NCBI GenBank assembly: GCA_963828735.1
Contig: CAWHFW010000003.1
Location: 1 to 64,000, forward strand
DNA: 64,000 nucleotides
Direction: 5' to 3'
From: an uncultured Gemmatimonadales bacterium
Lineage (GTDB): Bacteria > Gemmatimonadota > Gemmatimonadetes > Gemmatimonadales > GWC2-71-9
This document shows positions 11,372 through 22,322 of this stretch, one piece after another. Positions within the stretch are counted from its first letter, which is position 1. The number at the start of each line of letters is the position of its first letter. The notes beneath the pieces are model-generated. The model ran no database searches, was not told the origin of the DNA, and worked only from the letters and a program-made list of their open reading frames with translations. Made by a program: the position numbers and the translations under genes.

Positions 11372-11933
11372 CTACACCAACCCTCCCAGCACCACCCGCC
11401 TCCCCACCGCCTGGATCAGCATGAACACCACGATCCCCACCAGGACCACCACCACCGTGTACGCCCCCGCCTTGTCCGCGGGCGCCTTCATCAGGACCGG
11501 CAGGCCCAGATACAGCAGGTAGATGCTGTACAGCCCGGCGATGCTCAGGATCGCGAGCGCCGGCAGGATCACGAAGATCTCCGCGATCCACGCGGCGGTC
11601 ATCGAGTAGGCCGCCACCTTGAGCGCCTGCATCCGGTTCGGCGTCCCCCCGAACGACGTCGCCAGCATGTCGATGATCACCGCGAGCACCCAGACCCCCG
11701 CCAGCACGAGCACGTAGGTCACCACCGCGCCGACAACCGCGTGGCCGATCGACGGACGCGTACGTCACCCCGCTCAACACCCACCCGATCACCCCGGCCA
11801 CCGGCCCGATCGCCGCCAGCGGGATGATGTACCGGCTGTACAGCTCCGCGGTCGTCGTGGTCTCGGCGTCGATGACCTCCCACTCCGGCTGCGGCGTGAG
11901 GAGCAGACGCTTGGCGCGCTCGACGAGATTCAT
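11372..11933 (-). CDS. Yip1-family membrane protein (frameshift near 11745)
   Basis: MNLVERAKRLLLTPQPEWEVIDAE...YIIPLAAIGPVA continuing to ALKVAAYSMTAAW...LYSIYLLYLGLPVLMKAP. Confidence 0.85.
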
Positions 11934-12149
11934 CGGGCTCTCCTTCCGATCTGGTATAGGCGGGCTGGAGCAGATATAGTGCGCCGCGATGCAGAGTTGG
12001 ACAAGGGCGAGCAAGGGGGAAACCGGGGCGGCTCGAGCCGCGTAGGAGGCGAGGCCGGACCTCCCGTGAGCCACCGGCTCGAGGACCCGTTAACCCGCGA
12101 CCCGCTCACAGCTCGACGATTACCCCTCTCGCAGCCGGAGACCGCTCCT

Positions 12150-13799
12150 TTGCGCCGACCGACGCCTCGCCTCTGGTATGCCGCGATCCTGCTCCCTGCC
12201 CTCGGCTGCTCGTCCAAGCCCGCGCCTGGCGACGCGACCCCGGTCGCCACCTCCGCCGCCATCACCCCGGGCGACCTGCGCGCCCGGCTCTCCATCTTCG
12301 CGGACGACTCGATGCAGGGCCGAAAGGCCGGGACGCCAGGCAACGTCCGGGGCACCGCGTGGATCGCCGCCGAGGCTGCGCGCATCGGCCTCGAGCCGGC
12401 CGGCGACAGCGGCGGGTACTTCCAGACCATCCCGCTGGTGGAGCGCTCGCTGGTGTCCGCCGCCAGCGTGCGCGCGGGCGACGCGTCGTTCGTGCCGTGG
12501 ACCGACTTCTACGCCCGCGACCAGGGCCGGGCGCAGCGCGCGATCGATGGCGCCGGGGTCATCGACGGCGGCACCGTGACCGAGGGGAGGCCGGCCACCC
12601 TCTCCGCGGATCAGGCGGCGGGAAAACTGGTGGTCATCCGGGTGTCGCCCCAGAAGAGTGGCGCACCGACTGGTACGGTGAGCCGCGCGGGGGTGAGCGG
12701 GCTGTTTCCGTCGGCCGCGGGCATCGCGGTGGTGACGCTCGACCAGATCGGGCCGGGCGACCGCGAGAGTCTTCGGGATACGGACGCGCAGCTCGCCACC
12801 GGCCCCGTGCGTGAGCAGCCGGCCTTCATGTACGTGACGGCGCGAATGGCCGACGCGCTGCTCCAGGCGGGCACGGTGAACGGCACCGTCGCGTTCATGG
12901 ACGTCCCGGCCGAGGCGGCCGCCCGCAACGTGGTCGCGATCCTTCCGGGGAGCGATCCCGCGCTCCGCGGCGAGTACGTCGCCATCGGCGCCCACAACGA
13001 TCACATCGGCATGACCAGCACGCCGGTGGAGCACGACTCGCTCCGCGCGTGGAACACTGTGATGCGCCCCCGCGGCGCCGACGACACCGCTGGAGCGCCG
13101 ACCGCCGAGCAGACCGCGCGAATTCGGACGATGATCGACAGCATGCGGAAGATCCGCGGGCCGCGGGCGGACTCGATCTTCAACGGCGCGGACGACGACG
13201 GGAGCGGCTCGGTGAGCGTGCTCGAGATCGCCGAGGCGCTGGCCATGTCGCCCGACCGGCCGAAGCGCTCGATCCTGTTCGTCTGGCACACCGCCGAAGA
13301 GCTGGGCCTGCTCGGCTCCGACTGGTTCAGCCGCCACCCGACGGTGCCGCGCGATTCGATCGTCGCCCAGCTCAACATCGACATGATCGGCCGCGGCGAC
13401 GCGGGCGACCAGGCGGGCGGCGGCCCCGGCTACGTTCAGCTCATCGGCTCGCGCCGGCTCTCGACCGAGCTGGGCGACCTGGTCGAGCGGGTGAACGCCG
13501 AGGGCAAGCACGACCTCGCGTTCAACTACGCCTGGGACGCCGACGGCCACCCCGACAACGCGTACTGTCGCAGCGACCACTACATGTACGCCCGCTTCGG
13601 CATCCCGATCGTCTTCTTCACCACCGGCGGCCACCGCGACTACCACCAGCTCACCGACGAGGTGCAGTACATCGATTTCGACAAGATGGCGCGGGTGGCC
13701 TCGCTGGTGGAGGACGTGGCGGTGCACGTCGCTGACCTGGATCACCGGCCGGTGGTGGACAAGCCGAAGCCGGATCCGGAGGGGATTTGCAAGCAGTGA
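12150..13799 (+). CDS. M28-family metallopeptidase, lipoprotein
   Basis: Lipobox [40 protein letters not shown] and DYHQ. TTG at 12150 follows GGAG. Confidence 0.92.
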   Translation: MRRPTPRLWYAAILLPALGCSSKPAPGDATPVATSAAITPGDLRARLSIFADDSMQGRKAGTPGNVRGTAWIAAEAARIGLEPAGDSGGYFQTIPLVERSLVSAASVRAGDASFVPWTDFYARDQGRAQRAIDGAGVIDGGTVTEGRPATLSADQAAGKLVVIRVSPQKSGAPTGTVSRAGVSGLFPSAAGIAVVTLDQIGPGDRESLRDTDAQLATGPVREQPAFMYVTARMADALLQAGTVNGTVAFMDVPAEAAARNVVAILPGSDPALRGEYVAIGAHNDHIGMTSTPVEHDSLRAWNTVMRPRGADDTAGAPTAEQTARIRTMIDSMRKIRGPRADSIFNGADDDGSGSVSVLEIAEALAMSPDRPKRSILFVWHTAEELGLLGSDWFSRHPTVPRDSIVAQLNIDMIGRGDAGDQAGGGPGYVQLIGSRRLSTELGDLVERVNAEGKHDLAFNYAWDADGHPDNAYCRSDHYMYARFGIPIVFFTTGGHRDYHQLTDEVQYIDFDKMARVASLVEDVAVHVADLDHRPVVDKPKPDPEGICKQ

Positions 13800-14066
13800 G
13801 AGGGGCAGATGGTGAGCGGTGATGGGGGTGAGGGCTCCGCGTCGGGCGGCCCTTCGGCTTGCCGATGTTCAGGACGGCCGCCCATCTCGGTCACCGTGGC
13901 TCGGCCTCCACAGCACTCCGTCGGACAGCCACCGCCTCCCACGGATGTAGCCCCCGGCGCCTCAATGCGTTATCATTGCCGGACTTCCCGGCCCATACAT
14001 TGCTCCCGCAACCGCCATTCGTGTCCCGAATCCGAGACGCGCACGACGACTTCTACGAGGAGCCCC

Positions 14067-14633
14067 ATGGGCGAGCCGGACTTCCTGAATCACTACGACG
14101 TTCTCCAGGTTTCTTCCCGCGCGGATAGCGACACCATCCAGCGGGTCTTCCGCCATCTCGCCAAGCGCTTCCATCCCGACAACGCCGAGAGCGGGGACGC
14201 CGGCCGGTTCAGGCAGATCATCGAGTCGTTCCAGGTGCTGTCCGACCCGGAGCAGCGCGCTCGGTACGACGTGCAATACGGCGAGCGCCAGGAGCGGACC
14301 TGGCGGATCTTCGATCAGCGCACCGCCCTCGACGACGTGAGCGCCGACCGGCGGATGCGCACGGCGCTCCTCTCCGTTCTCTACACCGCCCGGCGCAACG
14401 ACTCCGAGCGCCCCGGTCTCGGCGAGCTCGAGCTGGAGCGCCTGCTCGGCTGCCCCGAGACGCACCTCAGGTTCCACGTGTGGTATCTCAAGGAGAACGG
14501 CCTGATCCGCCGCACCGAGTCCGGCGCGCTCGCCATCACGGCGACCGGCGTGGATGCCGTGCTCGAGGGCGGCGGGCCGTCGAAGACCGGGATACAGCTG
14601 CTGGAGTCGGGGGAGAAGCAGAAGACGGCGTAG
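14067..14633 (+). CDS. J-domain protein with C-terminal winged-helix-like region
   Basis: NHYDVLQV...LAKRFHPD...LSDPEQRARYD J-domain; RBS GAGGAG before ATG 14067. Confidence 0.88.
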   Translation: MGEPDFLNHYDVLQVSSRADSDTIQRVFRHLAKRFHPDNAESGDAGRFRQIIESFQVLSDPEQRARYDVQYGERQERTWRIFDQRTALDDVSADRRMRTALLSVLYTARRNDSERPGLGELELERLLGCPETHLRFHVWYLKENGLIRRTESGALAITATGVDAVLEGGGPSKTGIQLLESGEKQKTA

Positions 14634-14875
14634 ACCCGGGACGTCGCCCTCCCCGAGGGATCCAGCTCGCCGCCATCCCGCCTCGCACTCTGAAGTTCAT
14701 GCCATCGAAACAGCAGCTTCCCCGGGCGCCGGTCTCTTGTGACGGCGCCGGATCTGTGCGTCGGATCACGCGCGGCACGACGGGCGCACCAACGCGAGGA
14801 ACCTCGCCACATCCTAGGTTGCGCTTCCACCGCAGGGCGCCGGCGGTGGGCGATTACTCTCTTCCGGAGGGACCG

Positions 14876-15549
14876 ATGACCCGCGAATCGCTCAGCCTCC
14901 TCACCGCGCTCTCCCTCGCCGCCTGCGGAACCGGGCATGTCGTGCCGGCCGACAGCGCCGAACCGGCGGCCGGGCCGGCCGCGGCGCCGGTCGCGTCGCC
15001 CTCTCCCACGTCCGCGCCGGCGCCGAAAGTGCCCGAAGGAGAACCAACGGCGACCACCGCGGCGCCCTGCCGCTCGGCGCTCCGGCGGCCGACGGCGCCC
15101 GCGCACCTCACCTCGCCCAGCCGCCCGCGGCGCCCGCGGCGGGTTACGCGCCGTACGATTCGAGCGGCTCGATCGCCATCCGCCGCATCGGCCAGTGGAG
15201 CACGAGCAGCCTCACCGCCCCCACGAGGGTGGTGATTCGCGACGACACCACGTATGCGCACTTCTGGTCCAGCCTGGGCGATGCCGGCTCGCGGCCGAGC
15301 GTGGACTTCACCCGTGACCTCGTGATCGCGGTGGCTGCGGGACAGCAGGCCACGGGCGGTCACTCCATCGCGGTCGATCGGGTGACGCGGGTCGGGCCGG
15401 GGTTGGCCGTCGAGGTGGTGGAGACGGTGCCGCAGCAGGGCTGCGCGACGACCCAGGCGCTCTCGCAGCCGGTGGACGTGGTGGTCGTGGCGGCGGCAGA
15501 CGCCCAGACGTGGAGCTTCAGCGATCGTCGGGTCACGGGGGCCTGTTAG
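14876..15549 (+). CDS. Lipoprotein with PrcB C-terminal-like domain (frameshifted in the Pro/Ala linker)
   Basis: Lipobox LAAC; C-terminus VDFTRDLVIAVAAGQQATGGHSIAV...TQALSQPVDVVVV. Confidence 0.7.
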
Positions 15550-15600
15550 GGCCTTACCAGGACCCGGAGGAGGCGAGGGCTCGTTCAGTATCCTGAGCTA

Positions 15601-15625
15601 TAACGTATTGTGGGATAATAGGTTA
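15601..15625. promoter_or_regulatory. AT-rich imperfect palindrome upstream of ptrB
   Basis: TAACGTATT-N7-AATAGGTTA in an otherwise GC-rich intergenic region. Confidence 0.3.
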
Positions 15626-15898
15626 CCAGGCATCTCGCGCCGTCTGGTGCGCTCGGCGCGCTGAGCCGGACCTCCCATCTCCCTCCCCCGCTTCGACATG
15701 CGCCGCCAGGGACAAAACGGCATCCGGCGCGCGGTCGAAGGCAGCCTGTCTGCCACGTCGCAAGATTATGGTACTAAATCGTTTACAACAGACTTGACTT
15801 GCCTATCCGGTGGCGTCGTTATTCCGGCTCCCGGGCGCCTTCGGGCACGCCGTTCCCGCTCCCGACCCGGCCGAAATTCAGTCCCCGAAAGAGCCACG

Positions 15899-18049
15899 AT
15901 GTCGACTTCGCCCAACCGCACCCTCTCAGTCACCTCTGCCGGTGCCTCCCACGCGGAGCACGCCGACGCCCGCACGCACGCGCTGCCGCCCGAGCCGCCG
16001 GTCGCACGGCGGATCCCGCGCGCCAGCACCATCCATGGCGAGACCCGGCTCGACGACTACTTCTGGTTGCGCAACCGGGAGGACCCGGAGGTGCTGGCGT
16101 ACCTCGAGGCCGAGAACCGGTACACCGACGCCGTGATGGCGCCGATGGAGTCGCTCCGCGAGCGGCTCTTCACCGAGATGCGGGCGCGCATCAAGGAATC
16201 GGACCTGAGCGTGCCCGAGCGGCTCGACGGGTGGCTCTACTACCATCGGACGGAGACGGGGGCGCAGTACCCGATCTATTGCCGCCGGCGCGGCCGAGCT
16301 GCCGGAGGGCGAGGGGGAGGAGGTGCTGCTCGACCTCAACCCGCTGGCTGCGGGCCACGAGTACTTCCGCCTGGGCGCGTTCGAGGTGAGCCCCGACCAC
16401 CGGCTGCTGGCGTGGTCCGCGGATACGAGCGGGGCGGAGTCCTTCACCCTGTACGTGAAGGAGCTCGCCACCGGCGCCCTGCTGGCGGAGACGATCAGCG
16501 GCGTGTCGCCCAGCGTGGCGTGGGCCAACGACAGCCGGACCCTGTTCTACGTCGTGCTCGACGACGCCCGCCGCCCGTGCCGTCTCTTCCGCCACCGTCT
16601 GGGCGAGAATCCCTCGGCCGACGCGCTGGTCCACTTCGAGGCCGACGAGTCGTTCTTCCTCGACATCGGCCGCACCCGGAGCAACGCCTACCTGCTGGTG
16701 GACCTGTCGAGCCACTCGACGACGGAGGTGCGGTACGCGAGCGCCGACCGGCCCGAGGAAGCGTTCCGCGTCATCGAGCCGCGCCGTCCGGGCGTCGAGT
16801 ACTCGGTGACCCACCATGGCGACCGGTTCTTCATCACCACCAACGACGGCGCGCCGAACTTCCGGCTGGTGAGCGCGCCGGTGAGCGACCCGTCGCGTGA
16901 GCGCTGGACCGAGGTGCTGCCACACCGCCCCGATGTGAAGGTGGACTCGACCGATGCGTTCAGGCGGCATCTGGTGGTCTACGAGCGCGAGGCGGGGCTG
17001 CGTCAGATCAGGATCCTCGCGCTCGACGCGCCGGGCGATGCGGCGGGCCACCTGGTGGAGTTCCCCGAGCCGGTCTACACGGTCCGCCAGCACGAGAATC
17101 CGGAGTTCGACACCACCCAGCTCCGCTTCACCTACACCTCGATGGTGACGCCCCCGTCGGTGGTGGACTACGACATGACCGCGCGCACCTGGACGGTCCG
17201 GAAGCAGACCGAGGTGCTCGGCGGCTACGACCCGGCGCGGTACCGGTCGGAGCGCCTGTTCGCGACGGCGCCCGACGGCACCCGCGTGCCGGTGTCGCTC
17301 GTCTATCAGCTTCCCGCTCGAGCGCCCCGGCGGTCCGCGGCCCCTGCTGCTCAACGGCTATGGCGCGTACGGGGTGAGCTTCGATCCGGCGTTCTCGTCG
17401 AGCAACCTGAGCCTGCTCGACCGCGGCGTGATCGTCGCCATCGCGCACGTGCGCGGGGGCGAGGAGATGGGGCGCGCCTGGTACGAGGGCGGGAAGCTCC
17501 TCCACAAGCCGAACACGTTCACCGATTTCATCGCGGCCGCGGAGCACCTGATCGCGGAGGGCTTCACCGCGCCCGACCGGCTCGCGATGAGCGGCGGGAG
17601 CGCGGGCGGGCTGCTCATGGGCGCGGTCGCCAACCTGCGGCCGGACCTGTTCCGCGCGGTGGTGGCGGAGGTGCCGTTCGTGGACGTGGTGAACACGATG
17701 CTCGATGCGTCGCTCCCGCTCACGGTCATCGAGTACGACGAGTGGGGGAACCCGAACGACGTCCGCGGCGTATCGCTGCATCCGGAGCTATTCGCCCTAC
17801 GACAACGTCCGGGCGCAGGCGTATCCGCACATGCTGATCACGGCGGGGCTCAACGATCCGCGGGTGGCGTACTGGGAGCCGGCCAAGTTCACGGCGCGGC
17901 TCAGGGCGGTGAAGACCGACGGGAACCGGCTCCTGCTGCGGACCAACATGGGGGCGGGGCACGGGGGAGCGTCGGGGCGGTGGGACTTCCTGCGGGAGGT
18001 CGCCTTCAAGTACGCGTTTCTGTTGGACGTGCTCGGCGTGGAGGGCTAG
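15899..18049 (+). CDS. ptrB: Oligopeptidase B (S9A); frameshifts near 16290, 17320 and 17765
   Basis: [43 protein letters not shown] (catalytic Ser), [12 protein letters not shown] and AGHGGASGR (catalytic His). Confidence 0.93.
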
Positions 18050-18059
18050 GCCGCGCGTC

Positions 18060-18184
18060 GGGGTGCGCGGCTGCGGCGGGGCGAGGCTCGCGCCGGTCGC
18101 TGCAGGGCGCTCAGGGGGTGGGGATCGCGCAGGGGTTTGAGTGCGCCCTGACGCTCCCTCTGCGAGCCTCGCCCCGCCTGCGCC
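18060..18184 (+). repeat. Structured 3'-UTR repeat, copy 1 (10 nt after ptrB stop)
   Basis: GGGTGCG-[GGCGGGGCGAG-GCTCGC]-GCCGGTCGCTG-CAGGGCGCTC...GAGTGCGCCCTG-ACGCTCCCTCT-[GCGAGC-CTCGCCCCGCC]-TGCGCC. Confidence 0.9.
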
Positions 18185-18266
18185 AGAGCATCGGGGCGGC
18201 GCGGGCTGGCCCTCGACGCGGAGCAAGTGGGAGGCCGCGGCGCTGGGGTGAACGGCGCTGAGGTGT

Positions 18267-18310
18267 AAAAAGAAAGCGCGATGCCCACTGAGCGTGTGCA
18301 CCGCGCTTCC
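18267..18310 (-). terminator. Rho-independent terminator on the minus strand
   Basis: Minus strand GGAAGCGCGGTGCACAC-GCTCA-GTGGGCATCGCGCTTTC-TTTTT; the G-U pairs form only on this strand. Confidence 0.75.
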
Positions 18311-18545
18311 TTGTGACGCCACGGGGGAGTCGGCTAGCAGCCGATGTCGTGACGCCTGCTCTGGCCCATCCCGGCCAGAGTTCGGTACCGGCCGTTTAGC
18401 GCGGCCGGTGGTGCGCCGTCTCCGAGGGGATCGGAGCTCCTGGTCGAAAGCAACCGGGCACACAAATTGTGTCAGGCGCGGATCGACAGTAGCAGGAGCT
18501 TCGAGGGGTAGCGAGGTGCAGAGCGGCTGTAGCCGCTGCACGATC
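18311..18545 (-). ncRNA. Candidate structured RNA or long 3' UTR of the AraC gene
   Basis: Six consecutive stems cover most of the interval and lead into the terminator; no convincing ORF. Confidence 0.35.
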
Positions 18546-18560
18546 GCCGCGTATTCCGCC

Positions 18561-19328
18561 TCAGCGCTCCGTCCTTTGGAGCCACCGGTCCATCATCCAT
18601 TCCCACCCGAGCGTCCGGCGGATCGCGCCGGGGCGCACGCCGAACAGCCGCAGGCTCTGCCGACTGAGCGACGAGTGATCGCTGTAGCCGCACTCGACGG
18701 CGAGAGCGAGGAGTGGCGAGCGGTCTTCCGCCTGAAGGCGGAGGGCGGCACGGATGGCGTGGGCGGCGGCGAGCCACTTGCCCGGGCCCGGAATGTCGGC
18801 ACGGCGGAACCAGGTGCGCACCGTACGCTCCGCGCGGTCCACGCTCGAAAGCAGCGCGCCGACCTCGGCGTACCGTGGTGCAAGCTGAATGATGGTCCCC
18901 ACCAGCGCGAGGATCGCGGGCGACAGGCCCGGCAGCCTGAGCGGCAGCCATTCGACCATGTCGCCGGCCAGGTCCGCCGGCTCGGTGAGGAGGCGGCGGA
19001 GGCGCGGCTGCGTCGGCTCACCTTCGTAGAGCACGGCGCGGACCTTGAGGTCGGCCGCGCGGCGCTCCCATTCCGCGTCACCCTCCTCCGAGGGCCGCCC
19101 GATGCGGAGGACCACCGGCGTAGCCGGGAACCGAGCCCGGAGGCGGGGCACGAGCATCGCGACATCGGCCCAGGAGTCCTCGGGCCAGCCGATACCCACC
19201 GCGAGCAGGGCCGCGGCCTGGAGCTGTTCGGGCGCGAGCGTGGAAGTATCCGGGACCGCCTCGAAGTTTTCGTAGGGCGGCGTCAACTGGAAGATGGCGG
19301 GTGGCGCCAGCAGTGCTTGCGACAGCAT
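18561..19328 (-). CDS. AraC-family transcriptional regulator
   Basis: C-terminal double HTH: ERTVRTWFRRA...LLALAVECGYSDHSSLSRQSLRLFGVRP. Confidence 0.85.
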   Translation of the reverse strand: MLSQALLAPPAIFQLTPPYENFEAVPDTSTLAPEQLQAAALLAVGIGWPEDSWADVAMLVPRLRARFPATPVVLRIGRPSEEGDAEWERRAADLKVRAVLYEGEPTQPRLRRLLTEPADLAGDMVEWLPLRLPGLSPAILALVGTIIQLAPRYAEVGALLSSVDRAERTVRTWFRRADIPGPGKWLAAAHAIRAALRLQAEDRSPLLALAVECGYSDHSSLSRQSLRLFGVRPGAIRRTLGWEWMMDRWLQRTER

Positions 19329-19330
19329 GG

Positions 19331-19438
19331 GTTCGATACCAGTTGTGTTCGATACCAGTTGTGTGTGTTCGGGTACCAAGATATGGGCATGGCACCCTGG
19401 CGGACGATTGCACGAAGGTCGTACGACGAAGGTCGTAC
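19331..19438. promoter_or_regulatory. Two different tandem direct repeats in the AraC/BTAD divergent promoter region
   Basis: GTTCGATACCAGTTGT x2 (19331-19362) and ACGAAGGTCGTAC x2 with a 14-bp period (19412-19438). Confidence 0.5.
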
Positions 19439-19480
19439 ATCACCCTTCCCTCCCGTCCCGCCTCCCCCCATCCTCCCTCC

Positions 19481-22076
19481 GTGATCCGTTTCCAGACTCT
19501 CGGCGCTCTCGACCTCCGCGACGCGGACGGGCGCGAGCTCGGCGCCGTCCTCCGCCAGCCCAAGCGGCTCGCCCTGCTGGCGTACCTCGCCATTGGCTCG
19601 CCCCGCCGCTACCACCGGCGTGACTCCCTGCTCGCCCTCTTCTGGCCCGACCTCGACCAGGAGCATGCGCGGGCGGCCCTCCGGCGCGCGATCTACTTCC
19701 TTCGCGGCGAGCTGGGCGCCGGTGTCATCGCGGGCCGCGGCGACGAGGAGATCTGCGTTCCAGAGGCCGAGCTCTGGTGCGATGCTGCCGCGCTCGACCT
19801 GGCGATCGCCGCCGGGGACCCGGCCGGCGCCCTCGCGCTCTATCGCGGCCCGCTGCTCGACGGGCTCTACGTCGCGGGCGCGGCCTCGGAGCTCCAGGAC
19901 TGGCTCGACCGCGAGCGGTTCCGGCTCGCCGAGCGGGCCAGCAGGGCCGCTCGCGCGCTCACCGAGGCCGCCGAGCGTGAGGGCCGGCTGGCGGAGGCGG
20001 TGGAGCGGGCCAGGCAGGGCCTCGCCCTGGCGCCCGACGACCAGGCCGCGCTCCGCCGGTACGTGACGCTGCTCGACCGGAGCGGCGATCCGTCGGCCGC
20101 GCTCCGCGCCTACGACGCCTTCACCCGCCGGCTGGCGCACGAGCTCGATGTCGAGCCGTCCGATGAGACGCGGGCGCTGGCCGACGCGTTGCGCGCTCGG
20201 GTGGGGCGCGGCAGGCGCGAGGCGCCGGAGGCGGCGCCGTCGGCCGCGACGATCGCCGTGCTGCCGTTCGCCGTCCGCGGGAACCCGCGCTTCGCGTACC
20301 TCGGCGAAGGCATGGTGGACCTGCTGGCCACCAAGCTCGACGGCGCGGGCGAGATCCGCACGGTCGACCCGCGCGCCCTGCTGCACGCGGTGGCCCGAGA
20401 CCCCGACCGCGCGGACGAGGCCGGCGCCGCGCGCCGGCTCGGCGCGGGCCGCTATCTGGCGGGCAGCGTCGTCGAGGCCGGCGGCCGACTGCAGGCCACC
20501 GCGACCCTGTACGACCTCGACCAGCGATCCGTCGCGACCGTGCAGGCCGCCGCCGAAGACGAGCACGAGATCTTCGAGCTGGTGGACGAGCTCGCCCGCC
20601 AGCTGCTCGCCGCGCAGGGCGTGACGCCGGGGACACGACTCACCCGCATCGCCGCGCTCACGACCGGGTCGCTCGACGCGCTCAAGGCCTACCTCAACGG
20701 CGAGCGGGAGCTGCGCGCGGGCCGCTACTTCGACGCGATGGCGTGCTTCCAGACCGCGGTGGACGCCGACGCCTCCTTCGCGCTCGCCTACTACCGGCTC
20801 GCGGCGGCCGCCGCCGGCTGCGCGCTCTCCGACCTCGCGCGCGAGGTGGCGGACCGGGGCGCGGGCCACCAGGAGCGGCTGTCGCCGCACGACCGGCTCG
20901 TGTTCACCGCCCAACGCGCGTGGCTGCACGGCGAAGTGGACCGGGCGGAGTCGCTGTACGACACCACCACCGGCACCTACCCCGACGACGTCGAGGCCTG
21001 GTTCCACCTCGGCGATCTGCTGTTCCACTCGAACCCGCTGCGCGGTCGCTCGACGGTCGAGGCGCGTGCGCCATTCGAGCGGGTGCTCCGGCTCGACCCC
21101 GACCACGTGGGCGCCCTGGTCCACCTGGTCAGGATCTCGGCGATCGAGGGGCGCACCAGCGAGATGCTCGAGCGCATCGACCACGTGCTCCGCGCGAGCC
21201 CCGAGGGCGACCAGGCACTCGCCATGCGCGCCCTCCGCGCCTGGACCACCCGCGACGAGGCGGCCATCGCCCGGGTCCAGGCGGAGCTGCAGCAGGCGCG
21301 GGCACTCACCGTCGCGATCGCGTTCGCGGACGTGGCGGTCTACGCGGGCAACCTCGCCGGCGCGGCCGAGCTGGCGCGCGGGTTCCTCCACGTGGCGCGC
21401 GCGCCCGAGGCCAGAGCGCTGTGCCACATCATGCTCGCGCACCTGGCTCTTGCCGCCGGCGACCAGGACGGCACGCGGGCGGAGCTGCGGGAGACCGAAG
21501 CGCTCGACCCCACCTGGGGCCTCGAGATGCGGGCACTGTTCGCGACGCTCCCATTCGCCGGCGCCACCGAGGAAGAGATCCGCGACGCGCACGAGGCCCT
21601 GGAGCGATGGGATCCCGCGAGCGCCGCCCCGAGCACCTTTTTGATCTTCGCGATGCACAACGATCTGCACCCGGCGATCCGGAGCTATCTCCTGGGCCTG
21701 CTGGACCTGCGCCTGCACGATCTCTCGAGTGCGGCCGAGCGACTGGAGGCCCTCGCGGAGCTCGAGTCCGGCGGCCCGCTGGTCCGGAACCTCACGGTCG
21801 AGCTGGACGCGGCGCTCGCGCACGCCCGCGGCCGCCCCGCCGAGGCGCTCGCCAAGCTCGAGCGCGCCAGGCCGGAGCTCTGGTACCAGCTCACCATCGG
21901 GTCGCCCTACTTCTCGCTGGCCTCGCAGCGATTCCTGCGCGCGCGACTCCTCGAGGAGGTCGGGCCGCGCGCGCGAGGCGGCCGGCTGGTACCGGTCGAT
22001 CGCGGAGCGGTCGCCCTATGAGCTCGTCTATCGGGAAGCGGCGAAGGAAGGGGAGCGGCGGGCGATGGGGCGGTAA
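19481..22076 (+). CDS. SARP-like regulator: wHTH + BTAD + TolB_N-like + TPR (frameshift near 21965)
   Basis: IRFQTLGALDL, QPKRLALLAYL, RRDSLLALFWPD, LYRGPLLDG, ELDVEPSDET and TIAVLPF, followed by TPR-like helices. Confidence 0.9.
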
Positions 22077-22123
22077 GGGGTGAGCGGTAAGGGGTGAGCG
22101 GTAAGGCGTGAGCGGTAAGGCGT
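22070..22123 (+). repeat. 14-bp tandem repeat GCGGTAAGG(G/C)GTGA, about 4 units
   Basis: Read directly; the first unit contains the TAA stop of the BTAD gene. Confidence 0.85.
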
Positions 22124-22170
22124 TCAGGCGATTGAGCGATCGAGACCCGGCCCGCGCGGCACGGAGCGTC

Positions 22171-22299
22171 GGGCGCAGGCGGCGGTGGGGCTCGCAGAGG
22201 GAGCCTCAGGGCGCGCTCAAACCTCTGCGCGATCCCAACCACCTGAGCGCCCTGCAGCGACCGGCGCGAGCCCCACCGCCGCCGGAGCGACGCACCCCC
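22171..22299 (-). repeat. Structured 3'-UTR repeat, copy 2 (23 nt after LOG stop)
   Basis: Same core; perfect outer stem GCGGCGGTGGGGCTCGC/GCGAGCCCCACCGCCGC. Confidence 0.9.
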
Positions 22300-22322
22300 G
22301 CGCCGAGCGCGCCGACCGATGG

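Noticed and set aside
10848..12074. Apparent Yip1 / spermidine-synthase fusion ORF
   Set aside because: Frameshift artefact: Yip1 ends at 11372 in another frame and the next gene has its own start at 11171.
18113..18136. G-quadruplex in the repeat loop
   Set aside because: The G-tracts are broken in other copies (copy 2 reads AGGTGGTTGGG...AGAGG), so they are not conserved.
18311..18545. Known riboswitch, tmRNA, SRP or RNase P RNA
   Set aside because: Hallmark sequences were not found on either strand by eye; kept only as an unassigned candidate.
19398..19413. Sigma54 promoter (TGGCGG...TTGCA)
   Set aside because: GG-to-GC spacing is 9 nt rather than the required 10.
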